Source: Callorhinchus milii (lineage: Eukaryota). Taken from it: a stretch of DNA of 64,000 bases. Below, in pieces: positions 51,497-64,000 of this stretch (its first letter is position 1; each line of letters begins with the position of its first letter). Location of the stretch: the NCBI RefSeq assembly GCF_018977255.1, contig NW_024704743.1, positions 40,364,001 to 40,428,000 of the forward strand, given 5' to 3'. The notes under the pieces are model-generated. The model saw only the letters and a program-made list of their open reading frames with translations, ran no database searches and was not told where the DNA came from. Position numbers and translations under genes: made by a program.

Positions 51497-51875
51497 AATT
51501 GGGCATGTTCACTCTGGAAAAGAGAAGATTGAAAGGCAACATGATTGCTGTCTTTAAGATTCTAAAGGGACAAGCCAAAATAGATCATGACAGGCTGTTT
51601 CAACTTGTCCACAATAGTAAAACCAGAGGACACGGCCTGCGATTGAACGGGGGTAAATTCAGAATGAATCTATGCGAATAGTATTTCAGTGAGTGAATAT
51701 TGAAGCTGTGGAACAGGCTCCCGAGGGAGGCGGCTGCAGCAGAAAGTGTTGATTCTTTCAAAAGTGATTAGTTAGTTTTCTTTTAGGAAATAACATTATG
51801 GGATATAGTACAAAGGTAGTTCGGGACATATGTGCATGCGACTGCCAGGAAGGTGGAAGGAGAACTAGATGGACC
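51497..51875 (+). mobile_element. CR1 3' fragment of a different family
   Basis: LGMFTLEKRRLKGNMIAVFKILKG and TRGHGLRL. Confidence 0.85.
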
Positions 51876-51876
51876 T

Positions 51877-51996
51877 GCTGCGTTTTACCCACAAATATAA
51901 AGTCAATTCACTTTACAGCATATTCTGTGAAGCGTTTTGAAACGTCGAGAAGACGTGAAAAGCGCTATATCAAATGCAAGGATTATTATTATTATT
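51877..51996 (+). mobile_element. SINE 3' half (old-type tail)
   Basis: CCCACAAATAT...ACGTCGAGAAGACGTGAAAAGCGC followed by (TTA)n. Confidence 0.85.
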
Positions 51997-52524
51997 AAAT
52001 CTCCTTTGCACTGTCTCCAATGCTTTGACTTTCTTCCTAAAGTGTGGTGCCTCGAACTGAACACAGTACTGTAGCTGAGGCATTTTGTATTCTATGCCCC
52101 TATTTATACAGCCTGGAATCCCGTATGCCTTTTTAACTACCTGTCCTGATACCTTCAAAGATTTACTTATATGAACCCCCAATTGTTGTTGGTGGGAGGA
52201 GGGGGCGGGGGTGGGGGGGGAGGTGAGGGAGATGTGTATGTTACATGATATTGAGGTAAATCTCCTGGTCTCTCATTTCATTTTCAGCAATGATCAGCAA
52301 GGAGAAAAATGTTCCAAAGGGCAGAACATGAGATTCCTTCACTGGTACAAAATGAAAATATGGAAAGTGTCATGATGTTTTATTATAGGAGCTAATGCTG
52401 ATATTAGAACAATCATCAAGGGGTCAGCTCTCCAAGACACTTTCCTGAGTGAGGGGAGCTATATAAATGCAACGTATCTTGGCTTGACTCTGGCCCAGCC
52501 TTACAATTCCCTTCCAGTTCAAAG

Positions 52525-52985
52525 TACAACACAACACAATTTACAATTGTTCAGTGCCTTTATAGTGCCTTTCACATTTGGAGGATGTCTCAAGGTTCTT
52601 GACACGTTTGACTCGGCATCCAAACTGGGGATGTGAGGTGAAGGGGGATTGGGCAGCGGAAAGATGATGGAAACTTTGGTCAAGAGATACATCACGAGGT
52701 GGGCCCTGGATGACAGGAGGAAGGGAATGAGTGGTAGTGACTCTGGGATGGAGTTCTAGAGAGTGGGAGCAGAATGGCTGGTAGCCTGACTGCCAATGCT
52801 GGGGTGGATAGGAAAGGGGACACAAAGGTCAGTCTGGTATGGTTATAGAAGATCGCAAGACCGTGGAGGGATTTCAAGGTGAGAATGAAAATCTTGATTT
52901 CAGTCCACTGGGGAATGGGTAACACCTGGAGCCAAGCGAGGATGGAGGTGATAGGCTTGCAGGAGAGGAAACAAGCTGCAGAAAT
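52525..52985 (-). mobile_element. Old L2 3' fragment
   Basis: LPIPQWTEIKIFILTLKSLHGLA and an L2-type tail. Confidence 0.75.
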
Positions 52986-53552
52986 GCTTATAGTCTACTG
53001 CATGTGTAGAGAAGAGCTGGAACATCTGAGAAATGTAAGAGGAGATCTACTGTTATGAATGCAAAACTTCCTTCGGAAAACACTGCTTTTTTTTCACAGT
53101 ACTTCAGGAAAGTTAAAGTTCCTGCTAAGAGCCTACAGCTAATGGCTGCTTTGTTGATTTGTCTTGCCTGACCTGTGGGGCTCCAGGTTTGCTTGTGGAG
53201 TCTGCTGTCCATTTCTGTTCCAGTCATCTCTGCTGATCTGTATGCAGTGTGATACTGGGACTGGCTGCATCTCTCAGGGCAAAATGATCAGAGTGAAGTT
53301 CTTCTTCTACTCTTACCCTGGCTATGCACAAAACCACAGGCTGTAAAGCATATGAAGGAATCCAGAACTTAGCCTGATCCTGTCAAACAACAACATCCCC
53401 TGCACTAATTTACTATTCCCCAACACTATCCATCTGGAAAAAATAGTGAAGAGGTGCAATGCATTATTTATATAATAAATTTAAAGAAGCGTATATGTAT
53501 CCTAGGAAATAAATATTTACATGTCAGATTATTTGGCAGTGTGGCTCTACTT

Positions 53553-53876
53553 GTGGAGTCCTGTAGCTCAGTGGTTAGAGCACTCGCTTTGCAAGCAAGA
53601 GACCTGAGTTCAATTCCAGGCAGGGCGAAACCTTAGGCAAGTTTCCTTACTCCACACGCCTAATAATAATCCCTCCAAAACCAAAAACAATAATAAAAAT
53701 TGGTCTTTTTCAATCTACAACTGTTCGTGGGACATTGCTGTGCGCAATTGGCTGCCGCGTTCGCCCACAAATATACAGTCAATTCACTTTACAGTGTGTT
53801 CTGTGAAGCGCTTTGGGACGTCCTCCCGACGTGAAAAGCACTATATCAAATGCAAGGATTATTATTATTATTATTA
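53553..53876 (+). mobile_element. Young tRNA-Ala-derived SINE
   Basis: Full-length, near-identical to the other young copies. Confidence 0.93.
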
Positions 53877-54702
53877 CTTTATTCTGGTCAATTCCACTTC
53901 CTTCAACAGCACTTCAATGGCTTAAATACTTGCTTTAATTATGCGTGGGTTAACTATAAACCCGCAATGCACACAATGCAGAGATTTTACACTTAGAACA
54001 TCATTAGCTAAAAAAGTTTTGCCATCGGGAAGCATGCGATGATTTTCATAACATTCCCCCAGAATCTTTAAAAACATTCATTTTTATCTCATTAAATCTT
54101 CCAAACATTGGATAACCAATTGGCTATTTTGTTCAGATCAGAAAGAGTCAAACCCATACAGCTACAAACTTGACATGAACAACCTACTGGCAAAAACAGT
54201 ATAACAAATAGCTGTACTAAAACCTAATTTTCACCGCAACTGCAAATTTGTAGCTAATGCATTTCATGTAACCCAATATAGATTGTTTGAGTCATTTACT
54301 CTGATCATGCATCAGATTTAACTACTTCAGGTTGTCTCTCCTCTGTGCAGATCTATGGTGCAAAGTGAAATTCACATCAGACTGGTGTAAACAGCCTGAT
54401 GCGAATCTCAAGCAAATTTAGCAGAAGGAAAACCTGAGATTGCATACGTTGGGCAGGTATATGAATACCTTACAACTCATAATGTAACTTGAGGGTATCT
54501 GTCAGTATACATCCTCAGAGATCACATTCAATGAGAGCTATCTTGATACAAACTGAATGCAATCATGTGGAGCTGACAGTATAAACATGGTAGAAGTCAG
54601 AATTTATTCTTGATTTTGTCAATATTGATATGTGTAACACTGGTGAAAGCAAGTGATGTTTTAAAAACATATTGTGCCTTTTTCAATTTACTACATGTAA
54701 TA

Positions 54703-55360
54703 GGTCTCCATTATACTTCTTCCACCTCTGACGTATCGCCCGTCTCTGCCAATATCTCTCCCCAAAAGCCGCTGAAACCCTGGTCCATGCCTTTGTCACC
54801 TCGCGGCTGGACTACTCTAACGCCCTCCTCGCCGGTCTCCCATCCACTACCATCCATAAAATCCAAATCATTCAAAACTCTGCTGCCCCCATTCTCATCT
54901 GCACAAAATTCTGCTCCCCGATCACCCCAGTCCTTGTCAGACTGCACTGGCTCCCTATTCCAGAGAGGATCGAATTCAAGATCCTCACCCTTGTATTCAA
55001 GTCCCTGCACTCCTCTGCACACCCCCTACCTCTCTGACCTCCTCTGTCCTCAAAACAGTACCCGTTGCTTTTGTTCCTCTGGGTCTGGCCTCCTCCTTAT
55101 CCCCCGAGTCCTCCGCTCCACCCTCGGCGGCCGTGCCTTTAGCCACTATGCCCCGAGGCTCTGGAACTGCCTTCCTCACTCCCTTCGTCTCGTTCCCTCC
55201 CTTCCCATTTTCAGGTCTCTGCTGAAGACCTTTCTTTTCGACCGCGCTTTTGGTCACCTTCCCCCCCTCCCCCTGGCTCGGTCCCAGGATCCGTTACTGT
55301 AAAGCGCTCTGAGATGCCGTCCAACGTGGAGGGCGCTATATAAATCCAAGTTGTTGTTGT
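54703..55360 (+). mobile_element. L2 LINE 3' fragment, second subfamily
   Basis: RLDYSNALL, LHWLP, GGRAFSHYAPRLWN; a different tail stem-loop followed by (GTT)n. Confidence 0.9.
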
Positions 55361-56696
55361 ATATTAATTTATTTAATATACAATTTGTATGTTAATAATA
55401 GTAATAATTATAATAATTCGTATAATTTTAACAATTGTAATAATCCTTACAATTTGATGTAAAGCTTTATCTCGTCGACGAGACATCTCAAACTGCTTCA
55501 AAAGAGAATCTGTATAGTGGTGAGGTTTTATAAAAGTCTCAATAGATGATTGACCAAGAGTTTGCTTTGAAACTAAGTGGAGACCACAGACATTAATAAT
55601 CAAGGGGAGCTGTACTGGAAGTTGCCAACAGTATTCTGTTTAAATGTATGCATTTATGGATAAATACTTAAGAGGCAGAATAATATGACATGGTAAATGT
55701 ATTGGGAAGAAGCAGAATTGGAATAGATAACTGTAGATAATTGCAGTGAAGGAGACAGCAAAGATACAATATGCTTATGGCCCTCATTTTGTGTTGTAAC
55801 CATTCTATTTGTTCTATTTGGTTGGGTATATGATTTGTTGCCTCTGGAGAGTGATTGTCTAGGTGAGAAAATACTTTCTAATGTATTACTCTCTGATTGG
55901 AAACAGCAGTGCAAAACAAAAGGAATTCAATTGCCCTGCGTGAGGAGCGCTATACAAACCCAAGTTGTTGTTGGAATACCAATCACCCCAGATCTCCAAA
56001 AGGTAATGAAGTTTCTACTCCAGAATATTCATCCAGCTAGTTGAAGACATTGAGTGTATTGAATGGAAGGTACCAGGAGCAACAGTCCCAATTCTTGATT
56101 GTTATCGGTACCTGGGGTATATAGTAGGCACCAAATTTTGTGTGCACCGAACTGAGAAGGGACGAAGGGCATTCTGGTTATGCCTGTCTCTCTTCAAGGA
56201 CAGCAAAGTCCCAAATTCAGGTCAAACTTGTTGCACATAAGACCTGAGTGCAAACTGGTCTTTATGGATCTAAGCTCCTGGGGATGAAGCACAGTGGCTT
56301 CTTCTGGGTCATTTGCACAGTGCAGAATCAAGCAGTGACATGGATTTTTGGCAAACGCAGGAAGTGGCTACAGGTAAGGAGGGCTCCAGTGTATACTGAT
56401 CTGTTGCTGAGTACCCTGGAAGCAGAGTTGGTTTCACAGACCTTTTCTGTGCCATATCGATCTATGTCTCAGTTAGTAGCATTGTCGTCTCAGTGTTTTG
56501 AAGATTCAGAACAATGTCCTGTTGTGTTTTTATCCAAAAGTGATCTTTCCAAATACTCTATAATTGTTGACTGTAGATGAATGTAGATATTTGCATCATA
56601 TTTACGAGATAAAATAGAAATTTGTGTAAATACACAACATGATAATCTGAAAGAGAAAGATGATTTAACATTTTGGATGCGATCTTCAGGCGTCAA

Positions 56697-56990
56697 CCTG
56701 GTTCAGTTGTCAGCAGATCTCATCCTCAAATCAGAGGATTGTGAATTCAAACTCCAAGTTAGGACTTTGAACTCACAGTCCAGGCTGACAATCCAGTACA
56801 GTGCTGGGGTATGCTGCATTGTTTGAGGCGCCATCCTCTGGATGACACATAAAACTTAGGCCCAGTGTGCCTGTGCGGGTGAACATTAAAAATCCCAATG
56901 CACTATTCGAAGAGAGAAGTGAGTTTCTTCCAATGTCTTGGCCAACAATTCCCCAAATAAAATTGGCCATTCATTTAATGGATGCTTGTA
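56697..56990 (+). mobile_element. Old Deu-domain SINE
   Basis: tRNA-like head, CAGGCTGACAATCCAGTACAGT, AATCCCAATGCACTATTCGAAG. Confidence 0.7.
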
Positions 56991-58124
56991 ATAATAATAA
57001 TAACCCTTGCATTCAATATAGTGCTTATTATCATTACTGTTTTTTTTTCTTAAGGGATTATTATCAGGCATGTGGAGTAAGGAAACTTGCTGAAGGTTTT
57101 GCCCTGCTGGGAATCGCTTGAGAACCAAGTGCTCTAACCACTGAGCTACAGGTCTGTGGGATGTTTTGTGCACATTGGCTGCCTTGTTGTCTACAAATAC
57201 AGTCTCTACACTTCACATTAAAATCATGAAGCGGTTTGAGATGTCTCTACTTTGTGATAAGGCACTATAACAAATACAAGGATTATTTCATTGTATCAGA
57301 TTAGAGTTGATGTGAATTCTGTTAAGGGATCAGACATGAAACATACTCTTTTAGAAGCTCATTCATCTGATGTGCATTTATGAACATGCAAGGAGAAAAA
57401 GTCACTTGGAGACTCAAGTCTGTCCCCTACACAGGCACACAAAAGTTACTCTTCACATTATCTCCTGGGGATAATATTGGAAAATATTCCAAGAAATGTA
57501 AATTTAAACCATAAGCAAAAACTCCATCATATTGATCCGCCTCCATATCACCACTGTTCCTGATCTCATATCCACAATAATTAACAATCTCTCCATAATA
57601 ATCCTTGCATTTTATATACCGTCTTATATCGTCTTCAAGAAATCTCAAACTACTTCACAGAATATACTGTAAAGTGAATTGACTATATATTTTGAGGGCG
57701 AAAAGCAGCAGCAAATTGCGCACAATGTCTCACAAAAGTTGTGAATTTAGTAACCATATTTTTTTAAAAAACATGTATTATCAGTTACAGAAGACTTCCG
57801 AACTGAGGGGATAAAGTAACGTGCATACTGTCACATGCGGGAGCGTAACTCCATCAAGTAGAACCCAAAAAGTTCCCATTTCTCTCCTGTGTAAAGCAAT
57901 GTAGCAGAGTTACGGATATGTTTGCATATCATCTCGCTGGCTCTAATGGAAAAAGCCCTTCATAAACAGCAGCCAAAGTCTGGATAGCTAATTGGGAGAT
58001 AATTATTCCACACAAGAATGTCAAATGCCATTAAATTATTTGGAATATTAAAGACATGGAACTAATATACAATACAAAATTGCATTTGTAAAGTGCCTTT
58101 AATGTTGGGAGGACTTCCCAAGAT

Positions 58125-58425
58125 ATAATAATAATAATCCTTGCATTTGATATAGCGCTTTTCACGTCTTCTAGATGTCTCAAAGTACTTCACAGAATAT
58201 GCTGTAAAGTGAATTGACTGTATATTTGTGGGTGAAACTCAGCAGCCAATTGCACACAGCAGTGTCCCACATACAGTCATGGATTGAAAATGACCAAATT
58301 ATTATTTTTTTGTTTTGGAGGGATTATTATTAGACATGTGGAGTAAAGAAACTTGCCCAAGGTTTCGCCCTGCCTGAAATTGAACCCTGCAAGGCAAGTG
58401 CTCTACCCACTGAGCTACAGGACTC
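58125..58425 (-). mobile_element. tRNA-derived SINE, short body with old tail
   Basis: Lacks the internal segment but has the TAGAA tail loop. Confidence 0.88.
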
Positions 58426-58511
58426 TTGTAAATAACTTTTTAAGGTTTAAGATGCTGAACAGTCCGGATTAGGACCCTAGCTGGGTGAGGGAAATCAAGC
58501 CGTTTCTGGAA

Positions 58512-58680
58512 TTAGGTAAGCAGGATGCGTCCTCCCAGGGAGAGAGTACGCATTCCATTCCAACAATCTATCTCTGGGATTTCCATGTGTAGGTGGGATG
58601 CATGGAAATCTCTTCTTGGTTTGGATACTCTTAAGCATCGTAATGGTTTTCCGCATGTGTCAGACACCTGTCTGACCGAA
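58512..58680 (+). mobile_element. Unclassified short dispersed repeat (putative MITE), best-preserved copy
   Basis: Imperfect terminal inverted repeats TTAGGTAAGCAGGATG and CACCTGTCTGACCGAA. Confidence 0.6.
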
Positions 58681-60389
58681 CTATTTATTAAATACTTGCA
58701 ATATATCTCAACTGTTAACCTACAGTTGATTACCAAAAAATGTCACTGGAGAGACATGCATTGATTAACTCACAGTCATTTATATTTTACTGAAATAAAT
58801 CATTCAGTCATGCATGAACTGCATCATCTTTACTGTCAAAGTATCTTACCAACTGGCAATGCCTGAGAATAACAGCAGCATAGATAAAATGTAAAACAAA
58901 ATGTTTCCACCATCTATACATTATATATTATATAAGAAAACAGTGAATATGTGGGAAGTAATTTCCAATCATTGCTGGAATTGAGATTATAGTTATAAAT
59001 CACTTCACCTTTGCCATAGTCTCTTATATTGTCATCAGAAAACCATCATTGAATTCACATCCTGATAACTGAATATTCGTTTTTCTTCATAGAATGTGTA
59101 CCAGCTGTATTCTTTACCATTAATCATTATCACTTGATAAACGTTCAGTAGATTGTTCATTCCTCCTTCATAATAATTCATTATTATGGAATAAAATCAT
59201 GACATGCACTTTCCACTGACATTTTGACATAATCCCACTAGCTTTGGTGTACCTGACATTTAAGACCTCGCTAGACCATTCAATGAACGTTCTGCTTTGT
59301 AACAACTCCCAGACCTCAACAGTCTCCATGAATTATAGGTGAGTGAGGGTCAGTGATGTGTTTCTTGATTCATAAAATAGAGGAGGAAAAGTCAGGAAGA
59401 AAACATGAGGAAAAATAAATGAAAACAAAGAAAACTGCTTGGCTTCAAAATCCCTAAAAGCAAAGTTTCAGATTTATACCTGTGAGGCATCAAGACATCA
59501 TTGAGGACTGCATTTTGTTCAACGATTTAATTGTCGAATAAAATAAATAGATAAAAATTACATTTATTTTGTTGTAAGTTCATTTGTCCTAGTATTCTTG
59601 GTTATACCTCTCCAAGAACAATAATGGCAGTCTATATGTGGGTCCTTTGTGGACTGTGAGTATATATAATGCACTGCCTAGAAATCATAGATGTTAATTC
59701 AACTGAAATGTTTAAAATTAATATACTTAGAACCAAAGACATTTACAACAGAAGAAGATCATTCAACCCATTTTACATGTGCTGATTCTCAGGAAGAGTG
59801 AACCATTTAGTCCCATTACCCAAATATTGGGCAGTTCTCCCTTTCAGATATTTAGTTAACTTTCTCTTAAAAGCTAATTTAAATTCTTCCTCAATCATTC
59901 TTCCAGGTAGGGAATTCCATATTCTAAACAAAGTCCACTAAAATGACCAATTGTTCTGGTTTAAACTAGATCTAATAACATGCTACAGATGGCCAAATTA
60001 ATTAATTAATATGCAGAGTTGGAATCATAAATCTTTCATTGGCACTCACTGTAAAATTCAGTGTAAAAGATATACATGTTTATAAGCTCACCACTATCTC
60101 ACAATTGATTTTTGTCTCCCTGATTTACATCACACTTCTGTACCTGGGAGATATGACAACATGAATAAAGGTTTGATCTATGCCCCACATTTTATACTAG
60201 TTGCTACTTTAATTTTGAGTGGAATAAGATTTCACAGCAATTTCTTATTCTGCACCAGCACTACTTGCCTTCCATGGTAACTCAACAGTTGTGATTCAGG
60301 CTGAGTATTACTAAAAACAGTCCAAATTGGATATCTCATTTGAAACTCTCACACATAATAATTATCACTGGCACCTGACTCTGTTTTTA

Positions 60390-60700
60390 ACACTTTGCTT
60401 CTGAGTCAGAAGGATTGTGAGTTCAAGTCAAATGATGGGATATTGAGGGCATTGCTGGAGAAACACTGCATCAATGAAATACATTCCGCTTTAAGGTGGA
60501 TAATAAAGATAATAAAGATCATATGACACTATTTGATAAGGAAAGGAGTTTCTCCTGGTATATAGCCAACAAAATTCTCCTCCCAAAAAAAGGTAATTCT
60601 TCATGATTTGTGGGATAAATACTGATTGGGCTGCTGTGTTTGCCTATAAATACATAATCACTACAATTTACAACAATTGCCTATGAGACCCTCTATGCTA
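60390..60700 (+). mobile_element. Old Deu-domain SINE, degraded
   Basis: TCTGAGTCAGAAGGATTGTGAGTTCAAG head and TTGTGGGA...GCTGCTGTGTTTGCCTA core. Confidence 0.55.
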
Positions 60701-61974
60701 TGCTGATGTGCTGTGTAGACTGATCAGTTACCAGCAGTACCCCAGATTCAGAATGTAACCACTGAGACCATGACTGAGGATTGACTCAAATCCAAAATAT
60801 CGTTGCCAAACTCATCACCTTGGAGACAGCTCAAGCACAAAGCTCACACCAATAAACCAGGGTAATTACAAAAGGTAATCAATAGTTGGAATGCGGTACT
60901 AGTAACTGTGCTTCAAGCCAATACACTGAGACCTTTTAAGAAACAGCTTGATGCTGCAATGGAAGGAAAGTAGGGAATTGTATGAGATCAATTGTGTTGA
61001 AGGGCCCTCTTAATCCACAACTCTCTTGTGAGGTTGTGAATTAAGACGGCTGAATGGAACCAGGAAGGGACTTCAAATAAACTGTTTGCTTCTTTCTCAT
61101 AGAATTTGCATTGGTAGAGGCTTCTGTGAATACACAAGAATCCCTTCAGGCAATTATTGATTATTCTTTACAGGAGAAAAATATATAATGATACAGCAAC
61201 GTGGATTCTGCAAATTAACAGAAGATTTTACAGGTATCCTGCTGGACGTCAACTGCAAATCTCAGCTGAATAGCATAACATTTTGTTTTTTTTGGTTTTT
61301 TCCATACAGCTTTACTACTTTTTCTTCCCCTGTCTTCCAGGCACTTGTATTTCATTACACATTATCCCCAATGTACTGAAGTCCCACCTTTCATACAACA
61401 GTCAACGACAAGAACCTTGTACTTATCTGTCTTCCATGTAGGTTGAAGATCTCAAAGCATGTTGCATATATAGAAGAGAATATCAAACAGTGGGAGTGAG
61501 ATTAAAGGCTATTGAACAAAGGTATGAAAAGATATGTGGGTGAATAATACAAAGAGTGATGTGAAAACTACCATCAGTGATAATTATTAGAAAATTGGAC
61601 ATTCCACTCCTTGAAATGTGCTGGTCAGTGATTGCTGTGGGGAACAATTTCCTTCTTCCCAACTTTGTTCAAATGATTGGAAGAGTGAGGACTGTCATAA
61701 CTCAATTTAAAAATAGGGATAAGACATTATTCCTTGAGCTGGCAATGAAAGTTCAAAAGTGCAAAAGGCAGCTGGCTCAGTTGTTACAGAAACTGACTTT
61801 TGAGCAAACCAATTTTGAAGGAGGTTTTCTCCTGTGACATGTAAAGAGAATATGAGAAGTCATAGATTACGTACTGACTGATTAACTGTGAGGTAGGAGC
61901 CATGGAGGGTTAATGGGGCTGGAGCTACAGCTATGAAAGTATCAGCAAGAACTGAATTAAATGTTTTCAGTCTT

Positions 61975-62210
61975 TTAAACATTAAGCTGAAGGAAGTTAA
62001 GGCTCATTCTGACTTTAGTGGTACAAAAAAAAGGTGGTACTGAAAGTGGAGGCAGAGAGATAGAGCTGGATGGCATCATATTAAATGTGCAAACATAGAT
62101 AAGAAAAGGAGAGGAAAAAGACGAGGACCAAGATAGAGCCCTGGGTACACCAGGAGTGACCGTGTGAGCACAGATGAGAAGCCTTTTGAAGGAATGTAGG
62201 ATAGGCATTG
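61975..62210 (-). mobile_element. Old L2 RT fragment
   Basis: GVPRALSW and MSLNFLQLNV motifs. Confidence 0.65.
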
Positions 62211-62839
62211 GGACTATCTTCTCAGTCTTGAATTTATTTGTGTGTATTTTTTTAACTCAGATTTAATTACCAGTGAAGTGTTCTGAGCAAACTGTTGCCC
62301 ATCGATCTTACAATCCCAATTTCAACTGTTAGCATCCTCAATATCCAATTGTGAACAAGTTAAAATGTTATCCCTTGAAATAATTTTTAACATTGATATT
62401 CTACATTGTGCTATCATTGACCCTCATGAAAGGCAAAAGCTCAAGGTGCTTACTCGATTGCTACAATTTTAGACAGAAAAATGCCAACTGTTCAGAAAAT
62501 CTCTACTGAAGCATGTAAGCAGGTAATTATACAGGACTATGGAATTACTAGGGCTCCGAATTTTGCAAGATGCTATTGTCCAAAGGTTAAACAAGTAATT
62601 TAAAAGATGTTTTAATGCACAACAATAACGAATGAGGGATATTGGGTTCTGTCACAACTGTAATCTGAGGGGTACTATTTCATGTTATTGCCTGAAATAT
62701 GTGTACAATATATGACCACATGTCATCACATTGAATTGTATTTTAAAAAAATAATGCTTGCATCCATTATTTGCAGATTGTAGTTTTACATGTAAGGTCA
62801 GCAGAGAACAGTGCTTGCCCTATTATTCACTGATGTCCC

Positions 62840-63160
62840 ATTAGTGCAGGGAATGGTTATGCAAAGTACTCTGCTTATCTTTATCTTAAGCTGAATCTCA
62901 TGAGAGCTGAACTGGCTCCAAGGTGGAAAGTTGGAATCAAGTCAGCCCTCTGTGTCGGTCTCGGTAGTCCAGTTCCTGAGCCAGGTGGATCTGCAGTATT
63001 CCAGGGCACTGCTGAAAACTGCGGAACCTGGAAGGGCAGACCAGTCACAGTGGGCAGGGAGTCATCCCACTCAACTCATTTTAACCCTGCAATACAAAGC
63101 CCTAATGGATAGGGTGGTCCCAGCTGGACAACCAGCGGGAAAGTTTGCTGGACAGCAATA
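62840..63160 (+). mobile_element. Possible LF-SINE-related element
   Basis: CAGGGAATGGTTATG, AGTCCAGTTCCT...CAGGTG and GGTGGTCCC match my recollection of the LF-SINE consensus in order and approximate spacing. Confidence 0.3.
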
Positions 63161-63194
63161 TCAATGGTATGCTATGCAGTTTTAGCTGACTAAA

Positions 63195-63342
63195 CTCCAG
63201 GAGTACCCCAACGCACACTCGGGGGTCCCCAAGCATTGGCTTTTGATGTGTCGGTAGATGCGTGGAAATCTCAGCTTGTTTTGGACACTCTTAAATATGA
63301 TGTTGGGTTTCCACATGTGTCAGACACCCGACTAACCCCAAA
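63195..63342 (+). mobile_element. Unclassified short dispersed repeat (putative MITE)
   Basis: GATGCGTGGAAATCTC, TTGGACACTCTTAA and TTTCCACATGTGTCAGACACC shared with 58590-58670. Confidence 0.6.
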
Positions 63343-64000
63343 AAATTATCTTTATATTGAAGGCTGTTAAAATGTTTAAGCATTTCAGTCAATGTATATA
63401 TAATACAGTCGTGTAATTTATCCTTCAGATTTAAGATTTTCGACAACAACAATTTACCTTTATATAACGCCTTTTATATTGGGATGACACTTTAAGACAT
63501 TTCTTGGGAACAAACATTTGGGCTCCTTCACATGTCTGATGCACATCAAAACGTGGTGGTCTAGATCCATATAGTTAGCCCCTCATGGTTAAACAAAGCA
63601 AAGACAATGGTTGCCTTCCAGGATTCTAGGTCACTCAGGTCATCACTTTGCACACAAAGTGACGTCAAAGTGCTTTTTGTGCATAGAAATCATACAACAC
63701 TCAGGAAGAAATGTCAGTGGTGATCTGACAACAAAAGGGTCAACAAAAACTTAATTGCTAAGTTTTTGAATTAAACTGTGCAATTTGTTAAGAGATACAT
63801 GAACAAATTTTGCCACATAAATTTTTTAAATAAATCATGATCTTGAAGTCTGGCAATGTCCATTCTATTGTTGTTGTTTTGCTCTCTTTCCTTTTGTTGC
63901 ATTTTTCAAGCCTTTTCTCAGCTGAGAAACAGCCCGACATCAAATCGTTGACCGCAATCGCGTTCACCATTAGTGCACAGGAATTTATTTGCAAATGTCA

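Larger units (their letters stand above)
50649..52180 (-). mobile_element. CR1 3' fragment split by an 890-bp insert (parts 50649-51105 and 51996-52180)
   Basis: KALETVQRRF (right part) continues in frame as TSMVPGMRDFSY (left part); TTCTATGATTC-type tail at 50649. Confidence 0.85.

Noticed and set aside
52194..52220. G-quadruplex-capable G-run
   Set aside because: Real sequence feature, but it lies at a CR1 junction with no functional context.
1..64000. CRISPR array or prokaryotic operon-type system
   Set aside because: No regularly spaced repeat-spacer array and no dense gene organisation; the sequence is vertebrate repeat-rich DNA.

Overview
This is AT-rich, repeat-dominated vertebrate DNA. 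The SINE and LINE repertoire points to a cartilaginous fish, most likely a chimaera such as Callorhinchus milii (inference). I could not identify any host protein-coding gene. Nearly all ORFs in the track are fragments of L2 or CR1 reverse transcriptase, reading frames through SINEs, or low-complexity artefacts, so the window is probably intronic or intergenic. Content: a tRNA-Ala(TGC)-derived SINE with an L2-type tail in three age classes, older Deu-domain SINEs, about 14 truncated L2 LINEs, several CR1 pieces, and decayed Gypsy, DIRS, L1, RTE-like and Penelope-like remnants. There is also a promoter-like CpG patch at about 24.4-24.6 kb. The most notable structures are: a U2 snRNA 5' fragment fused to a truncated L1; an 890-bp SINE-flank-SINE block inserted with a TAAAT duplication into a CR1; a 107-bp direct repeat bracketing one L2; a 700-bp nested foldback; a SINE tail-loop switch that matches the co-resident L2; a pre-miRNA-like hairpin; and a possible LF-SINE relative. 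Family names come from recalled motifs, not database searches. Boundaries of old elements are approximate.
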